A DNA stretch of 64,000 bases from an uncultured Gemmataceae bacterium. Its GTDB lineage: Bacteria; Planctomycetota; Planctomycetia; Gemmatales; Gemmataceae. The notes below the pieces were generated by a model. It was not told the origin of the DNA. It worked only from the letters and a program-made list of their open reading frames with translations, and did not search any database. Both the position numbers and the translations under genes were made by a program. Positions 61,401 to 64,000 of the stretch are shown here, piece after piece. The DNA lies in the NCBI GenBank assembly GCA_963750165.1, contig CAVVPN010000003.1:576001-640000 (forward strand). The letters are read 5' to 3'. Positions within the stretch are counted from its first letter, which is position 1; each line of letters opens with the position of its first letter.

Positions 61401-64000
61401 TCACCTCGGGCGGCGGCACCGTCGCCGTCACCGGCCAGGGCGGCAGCGGCTCCGGGTCCGGCTTCAACTACGGCGTGGACGTGGACAGTGGCGGCCAGGT
61501 GACGGCGGGCGGCAGCGGCACGGTCACCGTCCTGGGCACCGGCGGTGCCACTTCGGGCGGCTTCAACTACGGCGTCTACGTGACGGATCCAGGCACCACG
61601 ATCACCTCGGGCGGCGGGGCCGTGTCGGTCACCGGTCAGGGCGGTGGCTCCGGCTCCGCCAGCAGCGACGACGGTGTGTACCTGGCCAACGCGGGTCAGG
61701 TGACGGCGGGCGGCAGCGGCACGGTCACCGTCCTGGGCACCGGCGGGACGGGTTCCGGGGGCGCCGAAGACGGCGTTTACGTGAGCGACAGCGGGACGTT
61801 GGTGACATCGGGCGGCGGCAACGTGTCGGTCACCGGTCAGGGCGGCGGCTCCGGGTCCGCCAGCGGCGACGACGGTGTGTACGTGGCCAACGCGGGTCAG
61901 GTGACGGCGGGCGGCACGGGCACGGTCACCGTCCTGGGCATCGGCGGGACGGGTTCCGGGGGCGCCGAAGACGGCGTCTATGTGAGCGACAGCGGGACGT
62001 TGGTGACATCGGGCGGCGGCAACGTGTCCGTCACCGGCCACGGCGGCGGTTCCGGCTCCAGTGCCGGCGACATCGGCGTCTATGTCGCCCTCGGTGGCGC
62101 GGTGACGGCGACCGGCAGCGGCACGGTCACCGTCCTGGGCACCGGCGGCGCCACTTCGGACGGCTTCAACTACGGCGTTTACGTGACGGATCCGGGCACC
62201 ACGATCACGTCGGGCGGTGGCACCGTCGCCGTCACCGGCCAGGGCGGCTCCGGTTCCTTCGGCAGCAACTACGGCATCGACGTGGCCAACGCAGGCCAGG
62301 TGACCGCGGGTGCCAGCGGCACGGTCACCGTCCTGGGCACCGGCGGCGCCGGCTCCAGCAACGACTACGGCGTCTACGTCACCGATGCCAATTCCAGGAT
62401 CACGTCGAGCGGTGGCACCGTCGCCGTCACCGGCCAGGGCGGCTCCGGCTCCTTCGGCAACAACTACGGCATCTACGTGGCCAACGCGGGCCAGGTGACC
62501 GCGGGCGGCACGGGCTCGGTCACCGTCCTGGGCACTGGTGGCACCAGCACCGGCAGCAACAACTACGGCGTCTACGTCACCGATGCCAATTCCAGGGTGA
62601 CCTCGGGCGGCGGCACTGTCGCCGTCACCGGCCAAGGCGGCGGCAACGCCGCGTCCTTCGGCAACAACTACGGCGTGGACGTGGACAATACGGCGCAGGT
62701 GACGGCGGGCGGAGCGGGCACGGTCATGGTGACCGGCACCGGCGGCGCCGGGTCCGGCAACAACTACGGCGTCTACGTGGCCGACGCGAGCCAGGTGACG
62801 GCGGGCGGAGCGAGCGCGGTAACGGTGACCGGCAGCGGCGGCTCCGGGCCGTTCGGCTTCAACTACGGCCTCTACGTGACCGGTGCGGGTTCCCGGATCA
62901 CCTCGGGCGGCGGCACCGTCGCCGTCACCGGCCAGGGCGGCAGCGGCTCCGGGTCCGGCTTCAACTACGGCGTGGACGTGGACAGTGGCGGTCAGGTGAC
63001 GGCGGGCGGCAGCGGCACGGTCACCGTCCTGGGCACCGGCGGTGCCACTTCGGGCGGCTTCAACTACGGCGTCTACGTGACGGATCCAGGCACCACGATC
63101 ACCTCGGGCGGCGGGGCCGTGTCGGTCACCGGTCAGGGCGGCGGCTCCGGGTCCGCCAGCGGCGACGACGGTGTGTACCTGGCCAACGCGGGTCAGGTGA
63201 CGGCGGGCGGCACGGGCACGGTCACCGTCCTGGGCATCGGCGGGACGGGTTCCGGGGGCGCCGAAGACGGCGTTTACGTGAGCGACAGCGGGACGTTGGT
63301 GACATCGGGCGGCGGCAACGTGTCGGTCACCGGTCAGGGCGGCGGTTCCGGCTCCAGTGCCGGCGACATCGGTGTCATTGTCGATAACAGTGGCCAGGTG
63401 ACGGCGACCGGCAGCGGCACGGTTACCGTTCAGGGCACCGGCGGGACGGGTTCCGGGGGCGCCGAAGTCGGCGTCTACGTGACGGGCAGCGGAGCGATCA
63501 CGTCGAGCGGCCAAAACGTTTCCATCACCGGCACCGGCGGCAGTACGACCACGCTTGGCATTCTGGTCGATACCCCCATCACCCTCGGTGGCAACACCAC
63601 CCTGAACCACACCGGCAGCGCTTCGCTGTCGATCAGCGCCCAGGTCACGCTCGGCACCTTCACGCTGACGGACAATGCCACCAGCCTCACCACGACCGGC
63701 ACCATCTCCGGCCAGATCAGCGGCAGCGGCAGCCTGACCAAGCAGGGCACGGGGACGCTGACGCTCAGCGGCAGCAACACCTACACCGGCACCACGACGG
63801 TCAGCGCGGGCACGCTGCTGGTGAACGGCAACGACTCGGCCGCGACCGGCGCGGTCGCCGTCAACGGCGGTGTGCTCGGCGGCACCGGAACGGTTGGCGG
63901 GGTGGTGACGGTGAACACTGGCGGGACGATCAACCCCGGCAACGGTGGCACCAGCATCGGCACCCTGACCGTCGCGGCGTTGACCTTCAATGGCGGCACT
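52436..64000 (+). CDS. Giant secreted adhesin-like protein (>3850 aa, runs off the right edge): Gly-rich beta-helix, choice-of-anchor-Q-like, IPT/TIG, autotransporter-associated beta-strand repeats, CBM-like insert, two LamG-like domains, ~30 tandem ~31-aa repeats
   Basis: ATG 52436 gives MFFPSRKSWLNKLIR...RLRLEVLEERVTPSNYTVTN; the same reading frame holds at the window end; LTK.G.GTLTLSG.NTYTG.T repeats; NPVAHYTFDGNTND...GAIDDVYIYGRAL occurs twice. Confidence 0.9.
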   Translation, partial: MFFPSRKSWLNKLIRMWSGRTRTIQSRSRSGNRLRLEVLEERVTPSNYTVTNTNYSGTGSLGDAITTAVSADDPAAVIIFSGLPSNSTIQLDSTTVSSTITYGPTAFVINGTSGTNLTINGAGSPGLVIDGGSAVRLFAVAGGDSLTLENLTLQNGLAQGGAGGMGQSGGGGAAGLGGAVYTAPNAALTIQSSTISGNVAQGGAGGTGNPGTYSGGGGGGGLNSSGGDGGVGAGALGGAGGGPNGGAATNGYPHAGGYGGGGGGAGDTAGGWGGAGGGFGGGGGGESSAYGWNNYGGGGFGGGGGGNVGTEYGGTPGYSAFGGGAGANGSAYTGGGGGGAGLGGAIFNNGGTVIITNSTLFGNSAVGGMAGDAAAGNGQGLGGAVFSRNGSLNLLNATISGNTAADGARGVYVLGDGAAATATINNTIIGQSDTSVTDFVATTIHSGTTSTSGAGNLIPTATGFSGTAITGDPMLATTLANHGGPTPTLALQAGSAAIGTGGAFTTVGTAGIAATDNSITLSSNGVALTPGDTFLQIDSEVMLVTAVSGNTLTVIRGYNGTAATMHTAGTGVFLHLDQRGYGATTTPDIGAYQSTGTSPGTPTVTGVNPISGTRGGGTEVSITGTNLNNATAVNFGLLPGTIVSDSGTTIVATTPLESAGTVHTTVTTVGWDTSATSPADQYTFIATPTYAENLDASGNLTITQEFLSDNDNLNFTLAGGLYTFTDSGDLLFDTPTGAGAASISGGGTSTITIPSSAITSITVVLGTGTNVFTFTGTGGAAAAPISVNAGTTTGDQINITGAVLDSGAVTLTANAISESGSGSLNAGTSAVTLTATTALTQTASAVITAGPLGITAGSVGTSSQSLVFNAASLTSDTSAANGDQFLADTATVSLASANALNAGTGTLTLTGGTFQIQGGAGGNAITDTSSVTVNSPALLDLDGNSETIYALNGTGTVTSSSAGTVTLTVGAGGGSGTFAGVIQNGSGTVGLTKSGGGTEALSNSSTYTGPTNINAGTLLLAAGVSVPNYSFETPNIGTGGGAYQYNPGGASWTFSGAGLAGNGSAFNNANAPDGTQVAFIQTTGSITQSIDFPADGSYVINFQSAFRNAQNGVNDFQVLVDGTVYGTFTPTTSANYLPYSTSAFTVTAGSHTVEFLGLDTAGGDRTSFVDDVTITGVSAPPSILPTTTAVTVAASATLDLGGTDQTIGSLTGAGNVVLGTGTLTTGADNTSTTFGGVISGAGSLTKIGSGVFTFSGLGTYAGSTTVNDTGTLQLAAGALPANPVAHYTFDGNTNDSSGNGNDGTISGAGTSYVSGQFGQALNFTGSQAVTVPYSASLANLNSFTVSAWVNMAPGFTAYLNGILGTRFGSDNTFDVKVQASGIHGDVGDGTNWINTGVDISNAQGGQLTPGTWAMITYVIDSTSDQFRLYINGTLLNTIGFTGTPLFMKPGQTLEIGASADGEFMNGAIDDVYIYGRALGSLEIGTLYSTSHMVLPTSTNVSVANGATLDLNGITQTIGSLNGAGTVTNNSTTPATLTVTGGGSFSGNITAASTALTVGGTAQTLTLSGNNTYGGPTTINSSDTLQAGSTTALPDATSVTDNGTLDLGGNNLTIGSLAGAGNVVLGAGTLTTGADNTSTTFGGVISGAGSLTKIGSGVFTFSGLGTYAGSTTVNGTGTLQLANAPLPANPVAHYTFDGNTNDSSGNGNDGTISGAGTSYVSGQFGQALNFTGSQAVTVPYSASLASLNSFTVSAWVNMVPGFASFTNGILGTRFGGDTTFDYKVQASGIHGDVGSGSGWINTGVDISNAQGGQLTAGTWAMITYVIDSTSDQFRLYIDGTLLNTIGFTGTPLFMQPGQTLEIGNSSGGEFMNGTIDDVYIYGRALNNSDIFTLYTASHMVLPSGTSLSVASGATLDLNGVTQTVGSLNGAGAVTNSGAAATLTVSGGGTFGGSIQDGAGTTALTVTGGTLNLTSTNTYTGATTVSGGTLRVNGSITSNATVTSPGTLGGSGTITGNVSGTGTIDPGNSPGILTIAGNFTPTGTVNFEVYSPYAVAGTDYDQIIVNGAGNTINLGGATVNFISPGGGSAPALPNVITLIQNNTGTTITPFANLAAGATVTLSTGPTFEAYYGGNAGLDLVLVTAAPSTVAYVSPTFAGDALGQSITDADFGTTGNQGAIFGVNAFTTIGAALSAITSSGQVIVNSGSYAEAVNITGTQTLTITGTNTPQAVTINALTTVAGTTVSIQGASTLTDGDATSTTAAGTVSGSGSLTKQGTGTLTLSGSNTYTGTTTVSAGTLLVNGNDSAATGAVAINGGVLGGTGTVGGVVTVNTGGTINPGNGGTSIGTLTVAALTFNGGTFAADFNGATSDTITTAGAVNLNAGTAGTFTVNSQTGTTPPSTVYTLINNTGVAAISGTPLTGAAVGVPVTINGVPTFADYIGGNGRSFTLTAAGNPTLNYNGALIVRKDVTGGANNLQLVQNGTVVDERPLASIISVYTVNSNAGGPGDSLTVDYTPGTTAPAGLFATNIAYNETGATPASLTVTSGTFGKLAFNPTGSTAETIQEFTNAGDTTPLTTITATGVSTVSDTSTNTGLAIINLPTGPNTATLADDGTPGNTLSKLSGSTLPATSFANPASSLTINRGSAADNLTVAALPDFTAGLTLGTAANPFGTLTFSGAVTLAAGNSLAGDAAAAINFTGGGVFATSGSGTVALTTATSIALASGSSITTGSGNLTLTANSAGTTAGTFVGITVNGATLQSGTGTVLLQGTGGTTGSNDIGVEIQGGGRIQTTAASGTVTVLGTGGAGSSNDYGVYVTDANSRITSSGGTVAVTGQGGSGSFGNNYGVDVDNAGQVTAGGTGSVTVLGTGGTGTGSNNYGVYVTDANSRVTSGGGTVAVTGQGGGNAASFGNNYGVDVDNTAQVTAGGAGTVMVTGTGGAGSGNNYGVYVADASQVTASGAGAVTVLGSGGSGPFGFNYGLYVTGAGSRITSGGGTVAVTGQGGSGSGSGFNYGVDVDSGGQVTAGGSGTVTVLGTGGATSGGFNYGVYVTDPGTTITSGGGAVSVTGQGGGSGSASSDDGVYLANAGQVTAGGSGTVTVLGTGGTGSGGAEDGVYVSDSGTLVTSGGGNVSVTGQGGGSGSASGDDGVYVANAGQVTAGGTGTVTVLGIGGTGSGGAEDGVYVSDSGTLVTSGGGNVSVTGHGGGSGSSAGDIGVYVALGGAVTATGSGTVTVLGTGGATSDGFNYGVYVTDPGTTITSGGGTVAVTGQGGSGSFGSNYGIDVANAGQVTAGASGTVTVLGTGGAGSSNDYGVYVTDANSRITSSGGTVAVTGQGGSGSFGNNYGIYVANAGQVTAGGTGSVTVLGTGGTSTGSNNYGVYVTDANSRVTSGGGTVAVTGQGGGNAASFGNNYGVDVDNTAQVTAGGAGTVMVTGTGGAGSGNNYGVYVADASQVTAGGASAVTVTGSGGSGPFGFNYGLYVTGAGSRITSGGGTVAVTGQGGSGSGSGFNYGVDVDSGGQVTAGGSGTVTVLGTGGATSGGFNYGVYVTDPGTTITSGGGAVSVTGQGGGSGSASGDDGVYLANAGQVTAGGTGTVTVLGIGGTGSGGAEDGVYVSDSGTLVTSGGGNVSVTGQGGGSGSSAGDIGVIVDNSGQVTATGSGTVTVQGTGGTGSGGAEVGVYVTGSGAITSSGQNVSITGTGGSTTTLGILVDTPITLGGNTTLNHTGSASLSISAQVTLGTFTLTDNATSLTTTGTISGQISGSGSLTKQGTGTLTLSGSNTYTGTTTVSAGTLLVNGNDSAATGAVAVNGGVLGGTGTVGGVVTVNTGGTINPGNGGTSIGTLTVAALTFNGGT

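Noticed and set aside
60740..63560. CRISPR array or DGR template/variable repeats
   Set aside because: The repeats are in-frame coding units without unique spacers; no cas or reverse transcriptase gene, and no evident adenine-specific mismatch pattern.
55058..63610. Long minus-strand ORFs (55058-58126, 58703-59872, 59915-63610)
   Set aside because: Antisense shadows of the plus-strand giant gene; their translations have no recognisable motifs.

Overview
GC-rich bacterial DNA, very probably from a planctomycete (Gemmataceae-like). This rests on the DUF1549/DUF1553 and DUF1501 genes, 'LE.R..P' giant secreted proteins, an ECF sigma-Ser/Thr kinase pair and characteristic palindromic repeats. Two giant surface/secreted proteins bracket the window: one on the minus strand (8352 to <1) and one on the plus strand (52436 to >64000, over 3850 aa, missing from the ORF track because it has no stop in the window). 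The left one ends near a tRNA-Pro(GGG) 3' fragment (att-like) with transposase and integrase relics. The middle holds a partial hydroxyproline-catabolism-like operon, a solitary integron-like cassette with an attC site, birA, a MotA/TolQ-FHA plus ExbD-like/coiled-coil/VWA pair, lipB-lipA-lipoyl carrier, a HEAT protein, a YhaM-like gene, clpX, a PLP aminotransferase, a BSP-family protein, ECF sigma with a WD40 kinase, an intact-ended IS splitting a gene, PQQ/DUF1501/PSD1 genes, an FHA pseudokinase, a nucleotidyltransferase-HD fusion and a TIGR03032-like gene. Many genes carry 1-2 nt frameshifts, mostly beside GCGC, which probably reflects sequencing error. All family calls come from recognising motifs by eye; no database searches were run.
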